Assembly (NCBI GenBank): GCA_963805305.1
Contig: CAWDTM010000008.1
Span: forward strand, 450,885 to 514,884
Length of the DNA stretch: 64,000 bases
Reading direction: 5' to 3'
DNA from: an uncultured Chloroflexia bacterium
GTDB taxonomy: Bacteria; Chloroflexota; Limnocylindria; QHBO01
Of this stretch, positions 43,008 through 52,700 are shown one piece after another (position 1 is the stretch's first letter; each line of letters begins with the position of its first letter). A program made the translations under genes and the position numbers. Under the pieces are notes generated by a model. That model saw only the letters and a list, made by a program, of their open reading frames with translations, ran no database searches and had not been told where the DNA came from.

Positions 43008-43508
43008 ATGCGCCGATACGAGCTCATGCTCCTGCTTCGTCCCGACCTCGAGGACGACAAGCTGCAGTCCGCTGTCGAGAAGGTGACCCGCGCCATCGTG
43101 AACGGCGGCGGGAGCCTCTCCAAGGTCTCGCCCTGGGGGAAGCGCCGACTGGCGTACCCGATCCAGCACCTGCGCGAGGCGAGCTATTTCCTCATCCACT
43201 TCGATATCGAGCCGGGCGCTGTCCGCGAGATCGAACGCGGGATGCTGATCAGCGAGGAGATCCTGCGGCACCTGGTGACCGTCATCGAGGATCGAGGGCC
43301 GGCGCTCGAGGAGACCGAGGCGGCGGCAGGTGAAGGCGAAGAGGCAGCCGGCGGCGAGGCCGACGGGGAACCGACGACCCCCGACGAGCCGAAGGCATCC
43401 GGGGAGGCGCCCAGCGTTCCAGCCGAGGAGGACTCGGGCGACGAGCCGGCGGCGGCCGCCACCGGGGACGAGTCGCGTGAGCCGGCGGCTGCATCGACGG
43501 AGGGCTGA
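43008..43508 (+). CDS. rpsF: 30S ribosomal protein S6 with a long acidic C-terminal tail
   Basis: It starts MRRYELMLLLRPDLEDD and contains WGKRRLAYPI. After about residue 95 there is an approximately 70-aa Glu/Asp/Ala/Pro-rich extension. Confidence 0.9.
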   Translation: MRRYELMLLLRPDLEDDKLQSAVEKVTRAIVNGGGSLSKVSPWGKRRLAYPIQHLREASYFLIHFDIEPGAVREIERGMLISEEILRHLVTVIEDRGPALEETEAAAGEGEEAAGGEADGEPTTPDEPKASGEAPSVPAEEDSGDEPAAAATGDESREPAAASTEG

Positions 43509-43511
43509 GCC

Positions 43512-43988
43512 ATGACCCTGAACAAGATGATGATCATCGGCAACCTCGGCGCCGATCCCGAGCTGCGGTACACGCCCAGCGGCAAGGCGGTGACCAACCT
43601 GCGCGTGGCCGTCAACAGCAACCGCCGCGGCCCGGACGGCGAGTGGGTCGAGGAGACCCTCTGGCTGCGCGTCGAGGTCTGGGACCAGGCCGCGGAGCGG
43701 GCGGCGGAGCAGCTGCGCAAGGGAAACAAGGTCTATGCCGAGGGCGAGCTCCGCGCACGAGAGTACGAGGGCAACGACGGCCAGAAGCGCACGAGCCTGG
43801 AGCTCCGCTTCGCCCGCGTCGTCAACCTCGAGCGCCGGAGCCGAGACGAGGGCGAAGGTGCCGGCGGGGGCTTCGGCGAGAGCCCGTCCGGCGCGGGTGG
43901 CACCCCTCCGGCAGCGCGGCCTCGAGGAGCCGCCCCCGGGCCAGCCGGTGACGAGCCCTTCGTCGACGTGGACGACATTCCATTCTGA
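43512..43988 (+). CDS. ssb: Single-stranded DNA-binding protein
   Basis: It has an OB-fold N-terminus (LNKMMIIGNLGADPELRYTPSGKAV), a Gly/Pro-rich linker and a C-terminal acidic tip DDIPF. Confidence 0.95.
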   Translation: MTLNKMMIIGNLGADPELRYTPSGKAVTNLRVAVNSNRRGPDGEWVEETLWLRVEVWDQAAERAAEQLRKGNKVYAEGELRAREYEGNDGQKRTSLELRFARVVNLERRSRDEGEGAGGGFGESPSGAGGTPPAARPRGAAPGPAGDEPFVDVDDIPF

Positions 43989-44010
43989 GCACTGAGGAAG
44001 AGCAAGACGC

Positions 44011-44280
44011 ATGGCAAGCCCACGATCCCGTCGAGAGACGGCGGACTACTACCGCGATCGGCGCCGACGCAAGGTCTGCAACTTCTGCGTCGACAAGGCG
44101 GAGAGCATCGACTACAAGGAGGTCAACCGCCTCCGACGCTACCTCTCCGAGCGGGCGAAGATCGAGCCGCGCAGGAAGACGGGCACCTGTGCCCGTCACC
44201 AGCGGATGCTGACCGTGGCGCTCAAGCGCGCCCGGCAGGTCGCGCTGCTCCCGTACGCCCCGCAGCACCTGCGCCCATAG
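44011..44280 (+). CDS. rpsR: 30S ribosomal protein S18
   Basis: CNFCVDK...[34 protein letters not shown] matches S18. Confidence 0.9.
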   Translation: MASPRSRRETADYYRDRRRRKVCNFCVDKAESIDYKEVNRLRRYLSERAKIEPRRKTGTCARHQRMLTVALKRARQVALLPYAPQHLRP

Positions 44281-44346
44281 CCAGCCGCTGCCGTCGGCCG
44301 TCCACCGCGGTGGCGGCCGCGTTGTCCTGCAACCGGGAGGCGTGAC

Positions 44347-45465
44347 GTGGATGTCGTCCTGCTCATCGGCTCGCTTGCGCTCATCCTGTTCGGCGCCGAG
44401 CTGTTCACGAACGGCATCGAGTGGTTCGGGCACAAGCTGAACCTGGCCGAGGGGGCCGTGGGCAGCGTCCTGGCCGCCGTCGCCACGGCGATGCCGGAGA
44501 CCCTGATCCCGCTCATCGCCATCGTGGGACCGATCGTCTTCGGGGGCGGGACGCCGCACGCAGCCGAGGTGGGCGTGGGTGCCATCCTGGGAGCGCCCTT
44601 CATGCTCTCCACGCTCGCGATGTTCGTCACGGGGGCGGGAGTCCTGGCCTTCTCGCGGCGCGGGCGACGATCGACAGACCTGCGGGTCAACGTCCGGATC
44701 CTGGGGCGCGACGTGGGCTTCTTCATCGTGGCCTACGCCCTCGCCATCGGCACGGCATTCCTCCCCGAACCAGTCCATTGGTTGAAGTGGCCGATCGCAG
44801 GTCTCCTGCTGGTCCTCTACGCCGTCTACGTTCAAGCGCACTTCGCGGAGGAGGGCGCGGACACCGACGCCGCGGACCTCAACCGGCTGCACCTGACCCG
44901 TCTGCCCGGCATGCAGGGCCCACGCTTCATGGACATCGACCTGCTACCGGGCGAGGTCGACGACTGGGAGGCGGCGGAGGGCTCGCCCCGCCTGCGGATC
45001 ATCGTCGTCCAGGTCATCGTGGCCCTGGCCGCCATCATCATCGGGGCCCAGGTCTTCGTCGGCGCGGTCGAGCACCTCTCCACGGTCGTCGGGCTGGACC
45101 CGCGGATCCTCGCCCTGGTCATTGCTCCCATCGCCACGGAGCTGCCGGAGAAGGCGAACTCGATCCTCTGGGTTCGCACCGGCAAGGACACGCTGGCCAT
45201 GGGCAACATCACCGGCGCCATGGTCTTCCAGAGCTGCATCCCCACCGTGCTGGGCCTCGTCTTCACCGACTGGGTCTTCAGCCCCGGGAGCGCCCTCTCG
45301 TTCGCGTCGGCCGGTGCGGCCTTCCTGGCGACCTTCGTGATCTTCGGCGTCATGGTTCGGGTCCGTCGCCTGAGCGCCTGGCTGCTGCTCGTGGGTGGCC
45401 CGATCTATGCAACGTACATCGTCGCCGCGCTCATGCTGCCGGTGCCGATCGCCGCGGGCCACTGA
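44347..45465 (+). CDS. Sodium/calcium exchanger (CaCA) family membrane protein
   Basis: It has two alpha-repeat regions (GSVLAAVATAMPETLIPLIA and VIAPIATELPEKANSILW) in a roughly 10-TM protein. The start is GTG. Confidence 0.8.
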   Translation: MDVVLLIGSLALILFGAELFTNGIEWFGHKLNLAEGAVGSVLAAVATAMPETLIPLIAIVGPIVFGGGTPHAAEVGVGAILGAPFMLSTLAMFVTGAGVLAFSRRGRRSTDLRVNVRILGRDVGFFIVAYALAIGTAFLPEPVHWLKWPIAGLLLVLYAVYVQAHFAEEGADTDAADLNRLHLTRLPGMQGPRFMDIDLLPGEVDDWEAAEGSPRLRIIVVQVIVALAAIIIGAQVFVGAVEHLSTVVGLDPRILALVIAPIATELPEKANSILWVRTGKDTLAMGNITGAMVFQSCIPTVLGLVFTDWVFSPGSALSFASAGAAFLATFVIFGVMVRVRRLSAWLLLVGGPIYATYIVAALMLPVPIAAGH

Positions 45466-45577
45466 TTCCGCAAGGGTCCGGCCGCGAGGCCAAGGCGTGG
45501 CGAGTCGACGGCTATACTGAAACGGCCGCAAGCTGGCGCGCGCGGTTGACGCGGGCCCGGCCCATGAGGAGAGCACG

Positions 45578-46537
45578 TTGCTGAAGCAAGCCACACCCAC
45601 TCCCGCCGCCGGGCTGGAGAGCACCCCCGACCTGTGGGCGTTCTTCCGCGGCGGGTTCGTCCCGCTCCGCGACGCGAACATCAGCGTCATGACCCATGCG
45701 CTGAACTACGGCACCGCCGTTTTCGAGGGAATTCGCGCCTACTGGAACGCCGACCACGGGCAGCTCTACGCGCTCGACCTGCTCCCGCACTTCCAGCGCA
45801 TCGTTCGCTCTGCCCGCGTCCTCTACATGGCCGTGCCCTATACGCCCGAGCAGATGGCCGATGCCACGCTCGAGCTTCTCCGGCGCGACGGGCTGCAGGA
45901 GGACGTCTACGTGCGGCCCCTGATCTACAAGTCGAGCGAGCTCATCGGCGTCAGGCTCCACAACCTCGACGCGGATTTCACGATCTTCGCCATCCCGTTC
46001 GGGAAGTACATCGACACCGAAACGGGCGTGCGCGCCCAGGTGAGCAGCTGGCGCCGGACCGATGACAACGCCATCCCGGCACGCAGCAAAATCACCGGCG
46101 CCTACGTCAACTCGGCGCTGGCCAAGAGCGAGGCGCAGCTGAACGGCTTCGATGAGGCGATCGTCCTGACCCAGGACGGCCACGTCAGCGAGGGGAGCGC
46201 GGAGAACCTGTTCATCGTGCGCGACGGAATGCTCATCACGCCTCCGGTCAGCGACAACGTCCTTGAGGGCATCACCCGGCGCCGGCTCATGTCGGTCGCC
46301 AACGACATGGGCGTCTCCGTGATCGAACGCTCCATCGACCGCACCGAGCTCTACACTGCCGACGAGATCTTCCTCTGCGGCACCGGTGCCCAGGTGTCAC
46401 CCGTTATCGAGGTCGATCGGCGCACGGTGGGAGACGGGAGCCCCGGACCGCTCACCAGCCGGCTGTCGCATACGTACTTCGACGCGGTGCGCGGAAAGCT
46501 CGACGCGTATCGCTCCTGGCTGACGCCGGTCTACTAG
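45578..46537 (+). CDS. ilvE: Branched-chain-amino-acid aminotransferase (fold type IV)
   Basis: Motifs HALNYGTAVFEGIRAY, KITGAYVNS, EGSAENLF and EGITR are present. The start is TTG, preceded by GAGGAGAG. A TATACT hexamer lies at 45513-45518. Confidence 0.9.
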   Translation: MLKQATPTPAAGLESTPDLWAFFRGGFVPLRDANISVMTHALNYGTAVFEGIRAYWNADHGQLYALDLLPHFQRIVRSARVLYMAVPYTPEQMADATLELLRRDGLQEDVYVRPLIYKSSELIGVRLHNLDADFTIFAIPFGKYIDTETGVRAQVSSWRRTDDNAIPARSKITGAYVNSALAKSEAQLNGFDEAIVLTQDGHVSEGSAENLFIVRDGMLITPPVSDNVLEGITRRRLMSVANDMGVSVIERSIDRTELYTADEIFLCGTGAQVSPVIEVDRRTVGDGSPGPLTSRLSHTYFDAVRGKLDAYRSWLTPVY

Positions 46538-46553
46538 GCAGCATCGCGACCGT

Positions 46554-46577
46554 CCGGCCGGGCGGCCGCCCGGCCGG
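46554..46577 (+). terminator. Perfect 24-nt GC palindrome after ilvE (hairpin, no U-tract)
   Basis: ccggccgggcgg/ccgcccggccgg is self-complementary. No T-run follows, so its function as a terminator is uncertain. Confidence 0.3.
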
Positions 46578-46585
46578 AGATCCGA

Positions 46586-48130
46586 ATGGTCGAGGATACG
46601 CAGGCAGATCGGTACCGTTGGCTCCAGCGCCTGCTGGAGATCGTTCCCGGCCTGATCAGCTGGGCGATCATCCTGGGCCCCATCTGGCTCAGCTTCAGCT
46701 ATCCGTGGCTGGTCGCCTACTTCGTCCTGACCTTCGACTTCTACATGCTCTGCCGCTCCCTGTGGCTCGCGGTCACCGTCGTGATCGGCTATCGGCGCGT
46801 GCGTGCGGTCGAGGCGACGGACTGGATGTCCCGGCTCCAGGCCGGTGACTACGCGACGTCGGCGGACACCCGCGCCATCCCGCCGGATGGTCAGCCATCC
46901 GTGCCGGACTGGCGCTCCTACACGCAGCTGGCCCTGATTCCGACCTACACCGAGTCGCTCGAGAAGCTGCGCGAGACCGTGCGGGCCCTGGCGGCTGCCG
47001 AGTGGCCGAAGGAACGGAAGATCTGCGCGATCATCACCCGCGAGACGGACGAGGAGGGGATCGCCAACGTCGCCGCTCTTCGGCAGGAGTACGGCGACGC
47101 CTTCGCAGACTTCATCCACATCCGGGACCCGTTGGAGCCCGGCATCGTGGTGGGCAAGAGCAGCGCCATGGCCTGGGGTGGCCGCTACCTGTATCGACTC
47201 CTGGTGCGCGAACGGGGCATGGATCCGAGCCGGATCCTGATCACCGACCTCGACGCGGACTTCCGCGTGCACCCGAAATACTTCAGCTACCTTGCCTGGA
47301 CGCACGTGGGCGACCCGAACCGCGAGACGCAGCTGTACCAGCCCATCCCGTACTTCCACAACAACATCTGGGAGGCACCGATCCTGCTGCGGCTCTTCGC
47401 GGGGATGCTCACGCAGCTCCAGCTGTGGCGGAACGTGATGCCGGAGAAGCTCGTGAGCTTCTCGAGCTACTCGACGACGCTTCGGGTCGTGCACGAGGTG
47501 GGCTACTGGGCCACCGACGCCATCCCCGAGGACAGCCGCTTCTACTGGAAGAGCTACTTCCGCTACGGCGACCGGTTCCGGGCGGTGCCGCTCTTCATTC
47601 CCATCTACGGTGACGCGGTTCGTGCGCGGACCTACTGGCGCTCGATGATGGTCCAGTACACCCAGGCGAGGCGCTGGGCGTGGGGCGTCACCGACATCCC
47701 GTTCGTGGTGCAGAACGCCTTCCACCATCCCGAGATCTCGCTCTTCTCGCGGGTCTGGCGCATCGTGAACCTCTTCTGGGAGCACATCAGCTGGGCCATA
47801 GGCCCGTTCGTCATCACCTTCGGGGCGCTGATCCCGCTCGTCCTCAACCCGGCCTTCGGCCAGACCATCCTGGGGCAGAACCTGCCGCTCTTCGCGAGTA
47901 CCATGCTGTCGCTGGCCTTCGTGGCCCTCATCGTGATGATCTACGTCGAGCACGCGATCGTGCCGCCGCGTCCCGCGTCCTGGGGGCCGGTCACGCGTGC
48001 CATCAGCTACCTGCAGTGGCTGGGCCTGCCGATCATCGGCATCCTGTTCAGCAACCTCCCGGCCCTTGATGCCCAGACCCGCCTGCTGACCGGCCGGTAC
48101 CTCGAGTACCGCGTCACGGAGAAGGCCTGA
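46586..48130 (+). CDS. Membrane-embedded family-2 glycosyltransferase with processive-synthase motifs
   Basis: It has N-terminal TMs, a GT-A core (ALIPTYTES, ITDLDADF, AIPEDSRF), a QARRW (QxxRW) motif and then four or five C-terminal TMs. Confidence 0.7.
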   Translation: MVEDTQADRYRWLQRLLEIVPGLISWAIILGPIWLSFSYPWLVAYFVLTFDFYMLCRSLWLAVTVVIGYRRVRAVEATDWMSRLQAGDYATSADTRAIPPDGQPSVPDWRSYTQLALIPTYTESLEKLRETVRALAAAEWPKERKICAIITRETDEEGIANVAALRQEYGDAFADFIHIRDPLEPGIVVGKSSAMAWGGRYLYRLLVRERGMDPSRILITDLDADFRVHPKYFSYLAWTHVGDPNRETQLYQPIPYFHNNIWEAPILLRLFAGMLTQLQLWRNVMPEKLVSFSSYSTTLRVVHEVGYWATDAIPEDSRFYWKSYFRYGDRFRAVPLFIPIYGDAVRARTYWRSMMVQYTQARRWAWGVTDIPFVVQNAFHHPEISLFSRVWRIVNLFWEHISWAIGPFVITFGALIPLVLNPAFGQTILGQNLPLFASTMLSLAFVALIVMIYVEHAIVPPRPASWGPVTRAISYLQWLGLPIIGILFSNLPALDAQTRLLTGRYLEYRVTEKA

Positions 48131-48134
48131 GCGC

Positions 48135-49331
48135 ATGGCAGACGATCCGATCGCCATCGCCCGGGTAGGCCTTGCCCGCAGCCTCTCCCGGATCCTGCTG
48201 CTGCCCGGGGTGCTCCTTGCGATCGCGGCAGCCGCGGTGGCCGGAGGGTTCGTCGTGCCGATGGGGGCGGATCTGGCGCTCTGGGTGGGGGCAGGGCTCC
48301 TGGTGGGGGTTGCCGTCGTTGTCGCCATCATCCCGCTGACCCTGCGGCTGGAGGTCGAGGTGGGCGGCCTGCGTGTCCGATGGCTGGCCGGGAGTCGCCG
48401 GTACCGCCTCGTTCCCGGCGCTGTCACCCGCGCGACCATGGCGGGCACCGGCCAGGGCGCGATCCGCACCCGGTTCGGGTTCGTGGGCTGGGCGTACGGT
48501 GGCGCGGTCCTGCGCGGCGAGGAGCGCATCTCCATCGTCCGGCTGGCGCCGACCTCGACCGTGATCCTCGTGCCAACCGACCACGGACGGCTGGCCATTG
48601 CCGCCGCGTCCGAGCCGGAGCTCCTCGAGGCCCTGGGAGCGGCCGCGCGCGTGCAGCAGCGCCTGGACGAGGTGAGCGGCCGTCTCCTGGCGGTGCTTCC
48701 GGGGGACGTCGGATCGGCGCAGCGCGAGCCGCCAGCGGATGCCGGGCGCCCGCAGGAGGACGGCGGATGGCACGCGGACGCATCCCCGGCGGCCGGTCCA
48801 CGGATCCTGACCGGGATCGAGCGGGCGAGGCTGGAGGCCGAGCTTGCCGCGGCGCGCCAGGCCGCGCTGGAGGCGGCCGAGGCGGAGCGCCGTTCGATCG
48901 TCGAGGCGCGGATGGCGGGGGATGCGCTCGAGGTGGAGGGGCGCCGCGAGGAGCCGAGGGTGGTCCGCGAGCCGGACGAGGAGGCCGAGGTCCCGTGGAC
49001 AGCGCCGGGGCCCGCGCGCCGGCGAGCACGGGCAACCTGGACGCGCCCAGAGTGGGCCACGGACGCGCGCCTGCGGGTCCTGGTGGCCATCGCCTGGGCC
49101 TTCGTGCCGCTCACCGCATCGTTGGCGGCGTACCTCGTTGCGGGCGGTGACGCGGCGATCGCCAGCGCCGACAGCACGGCACGGCTGGAGGCGCTCGCGC
49201 TGGTGGCATGCGGTCCCCTCACCGCGCTGGGGATCCTCGCCGCTCGCGCCTGGTGGCCCCGGCTCACGGGCCTGATCACGGTGACCTCGCTCTCTGCCCT
49301 GGTGCTCCTTGGCCGCGCCGTGATCGGGTGA
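48135..49331 (+). CDS. Hypothetical membrane protein (2 TM, a possibly PH-like beta domain, a charged coiled segment, 3 TM)
   Basis: It starts 4 nt after the GT2 gene. It has two N-terminal TMs, then a beta-rich segment (LRVRWLAGSRRYRLVP...ISIVRLAPTSTVILVPTDHGRLAIA), an Ala/Glu/Arg-rich helix and three C-terminal TMs. The PH-like reading is tentative and I cannot name a family. Confidence 0.6.
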   Translation: MADDPIAIARVGLARSLSRILLLPGVLLAIAAAAVAGGFVVPMGADLALWVGAGLLVGVAVVVAIIPLTLRLEVEVGGLRVRWLAGSRRYRLVPGAVTRATMAGTGQGAIRTRFGFVGWAYGGAVLRGEERISIVRLAPTSTVILVPTDHGRLAIAAASEPELLEALGAAARVQQRLDEVSGRLLAVLPGDVGSAQREPPADAGRPQEDGGWHADASPAAGPRILTGIERARLEAELAAARQAALEAAEAERRSIVEARMAGDALEVEGRREEPRVVREPDEEAEVPWTAPGPARRRARATWTRPEWATDARLRVLVAIAWAFVPLTASLAAYLVAGGDAAIASADSTARLEALALVACGPLTALGILAARAWWPRLTGLITVTSLSALVLLGRAVIG

Positions 49332-49347
49332 TCGCCGGACCAGCGAA

Positions 49348-49377
49348 TTGACAAGCGCCGCGCCGCGCTGCCACGAT
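49348..49377 (+). promoter_or_regulatory. Candidate promoter for the ileS leader (TTGACA-18 nt-CACGAT)
   Basis: A perfect -35 hexamer lies at 49348-49353. The -10 is weak. Confidence 0.3.
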
Positions 49378-49399
49378 CCGCCGACACAGGACAAGACGG

Positions 49400-49717
49400 C
49401 TGCGACGGAGCCACCGCTCCCGTCGGTACGAGCCATCAGCGAGCCCGGACGGTGAGAGCGGGCGGCATCGCGACGGCGTGCGATCCCTCCTGAGCCGGAG
49501 GCGCCAAGCGCGGGGCGGCATTGGCCGCCGCACGTGGGTAACGTCTCCCGGGTCACGCCTCCCGATACCAGGGGCGGCGCCATCGGTCAGGCCGAGTGCG
49601 GCTGACTCGTGGCGGCAGAGCGGGCCGGGGCGGCGACAGGACGCCATCGGTCAAGCGCGGGTGGTACCGCGGGATTGCGTCACGGCGCTCCCGTCCCGGC
49701 ATCGGGACGGGTTTTTT
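49400..49717 (+). promoter_or_regulatory. T-box leader (tRNA-sensing riboswitch) upstream of ileS; 5' boundary approximate
   Basis: The 13-nt T-box core GGGTGGTACCGCG at 49659-49671 is exact, and a terminator hairpin with a T6 run follows directly. The intergenic region is 422 nt. UGGU in the bulge would pair with the ACCA end of a tRNA that has discriminator A. Confidence 0.7.
49690..49717 (+). terminator. Intrinsic terminator of the T-box leader
   Basis: It has a 9-bp stem cccgtcccg/cgggacggg, loop gcat, then TTTTTT (49712-49717). Confidence 0.75.
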
Positions 49718-49753
49718 CATGGCCGATGGGCCCCGAAGCGAACAGGAGGAGCG

Positions 49754-52700
49754 GTGTTCAGGCCGGTCAGTCCAAAGCTCGACGTTCCGGCGCTGGAACG
49801 GGAGCAGCAGGCGCGCTGGCGCGAGCGCGACACCATGGCGCGCTACCTCGCGCGTAACGAGAGCGCGGAGCGCCGCTTCTCGTTCCTGGACGGACCCATC
49901 ACCGCCAACAACCCGATGGGTGTGCATCACGCCTGGGGACGTACGTACAAGGACCTCTACCAGCGCTACCACACGATGCTCGGCGAGCGGCAGCGCTACC
50001 AGAACGGGTTCGACGCGCAGGGCCTCTGGATCGAGGTCGAGGTGGAGCGCGAGCTGGGCTTCAACAACAAGCGGCAGATCGAAGAGTTCGGGATCGACCG
50101 TTTCGTGGAGCTGTGCAAGGCGCGGGTCGACCGCTTCGTCGGCATCCAGACCCAGCAGAGCAAGCGGCTCGGGATGTGGATGGACTGGGACCACAGCTAC
50201 ATCACGAACTCCGAGGAGAACAACTACGCGATCTGGGCCTTCCTGGCGGAGTGCCATCGGCGTGGGCTCGTGTACAAGGGCCACGACGTCATGCCCTGGT
50301 GCCCCCGCTGCGGGACCGGCCTCTCGAACATGGAGATCGCCACCGAGGGCTACCGCGAGCTCAGCCACCTGTCGCTCACGATCCGGCTGCCCATCACGAC
50401 CCCCGGCCACGAGGGTGAGGACCTGCTGGTCTGGACCACGACCCCGTGGACCCTGTCGTCGAACGTCGCGGCCGTCGTGCACCCGGACCTGACCTACCAG
50501 CTCGTGGAGGGGCGCGACGGGCGGCGCTGGTGGGTCTCCTCCGGCTCCCGCGCGCGGGTCGCCGGCGCCGCGCCGGTGCTGCAGTCGGTGAACGGCGCGC
50601 AGCTGGTCGGGCTCAGCTACCGTGGACCGTTCGACGATCTCCCGGTGCAGGCCGGCGTGGAGCACCGGGTCATCGACTGGAACGAGGTCTCCGACGAGGA
50701 GGGGACCGGGATCGTCCACATCGCCCCGGGATGCGGCCAGGAGGACTTCGCGCTGGCGAAGGCCTTCGGGCTGGCGGTGCTGGACCCGATCGACCAGTTC
50801 GGCATCTTCCGGGACGGGTACGGCTGGCAGACGGGCCGCTTCGCCGGAGCGACAGAGGACCCGGCCGAGGACATCGCCGGAGACGTGGCCGCCGACCTCG
50901 AACGCCGTGGGCTGCTCGTTGCGAAGGAGCACTACCGTCACAGCTACCCGGTCTGCTGGCGCTGCGGCACCCAGCTCGTCTTCCGACTGGTCGACGAGTG
51001 GTTCATCCGCATGGACCCGCTGCGCGAGCCCATCGCCCAGGTCACGCGCCAGATCGCGTGGCTTCCCGAGGGGGTGGGGCTCGAGGAGCGCGAGCTCGAC
51101 TGGCTGCGGAACATGGGCGACTGGATGATCAGCAAGAAGCGCTACTACGGCCTTGCGCTGCCGATCTGGGTGTGCGGTGACTGCGAGGCATGGGAGGTCA
51201 TTGGCGGACGCGACGAGCTTCAGGCGCGCGCGGTCTCCGGCTGGGAGGCGTTCGAGGGCCACTCGCCGCATCGCCCGTGGGTCGACGGCGTCGAGATCGC
51301 CTGTGCGAGCTGTGGTGGCCGAGCCCGCCGGATCTCCGACGTGGGGAACCCGTGGCTCGACGCCGGGATCGTGGGATTCTCGACGCTCCGCTGGACCACG
51401 GACCCCGACTATTGGCGCGCCTGGTTCCCGGCCGACTTCATCACCGAGTCCTTCCCGGGCCAGTTCCGGAACTGGTTCTATGCCCTGCTCACGATGTCGA
51501 CCGTGCTGGCCGACGAGCCGATGACCCGGACCCTGTTCGGGTACGCGCTCATGCGCGACGAGCACGGCGAGGAGATGCACAAGAGCAAGGGCAACGCGAT
51601 CCCCTTCGACGAGGCGGCCGATGGCATTGGCACCGACGTGATGCGCTGGATGTTCATGGCCCAGAACCCGGCGAGCAACCTGAACTTCGGCTACGGGCCA
51701 GGGCACGAGGTGGTGCGGCGTTTCTTCCTGCCGCTGTGGAACACGTACGCGTTCCTCGTGACCTATGCCCGCCTTGACGGCTGGGTGCCCGGACCGGCCG
51801 GGGCCGATAGCGTCCGGGAGGCACGGAGCCTCATGGACCGATGGGTCCTGTCCCGCCTGGACGGGGTGGTCGGCGAGGTGCGGGCGGCGCTGGACGCGTA
51901 CGACGCGCTGCGGGCGACCCGGGCTATCGAGCGCTTCGTCGAGGACCTTTCGAACTGGTACGTCCGGCGCAACCGCCGGCGCTTCTGGAAGGGTGAGCTC
52001 GACGACGACAAGCGGGCCGCCTACGCCACGCTGCACGCCGTCCTGGTGGGGGTGACCCGCCTGATCGCGCCGATCGTGCCGCACCTGGCCGATGCGATCT
52101 GGGAGAACCTGGTCCATGCGGTCGACCCGGCCTCGGCGGACTCGGTCCATCTCGCCGACTTTCCGAGCACGGAGACGGGGCGCCGCGACGTGGTGCTGGA
52201 GGAGGCGGTCGAGCGCGCACGTGCCGTCGCGGCGCTGGGGCACTCGGCGCGAGCCGCGTCCGGCGTCCGGGTGCGACAGCCCCTGGCTGCCCTCCGCGTC
52301 CGGCGAGCCGGGGGCGGTGCCGCCCTGTCGGCCGACCCCCGTACCGACGTGGAGCTCACGGCCCATGTGCTCGACGAGCTGAACGTGAAATCCATCGACG
52401 CGATCCCCGACGCCTCCACCCTCGTCGAGCGGACGCTCCGGCCGCTGCTTCCGGTCCTCGGTCCGCGCCGCGGTTCGGCGGTGGGCGGGGTGATGGCGGC
52501 TGCCCGTGCCGGGGACTGGTCACAGCTCCCTGACGGACGGATCGAGGCCGGCGGCCTGGTGCTGGAGCCGGACGAGTTCGAGCTCATCGCTCGCGCCCGG
52601 CCGGGACACGCCGTGGCCGAGGAGGGGGACCTGCTCGTCGCCCTCGACACCACGCTGACCCCCGAGCTGGAGGCGGAGGGCATGGCCCGCGAGATCGCCC

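Noticed and set aside
46397-49414. A 1005-aa minus-strand ORF opposite ilvE, the GT2 gene and the downstream membrane protein.
   Set aside because: It has the same shadow-ORF character, with low-complexity Ala/Arg/Ser/Pro composition. The plus-strand frames carry clear TM patterns and GT2 motifs.
49553-52366. A 937-aa minus-strand ORF opposite ileS.
   Set aside because: It runs antisense to a gene with clear IleRS signatures, and its Arg/Pro/Gly/Asp-rich composition shows no domain pattern.
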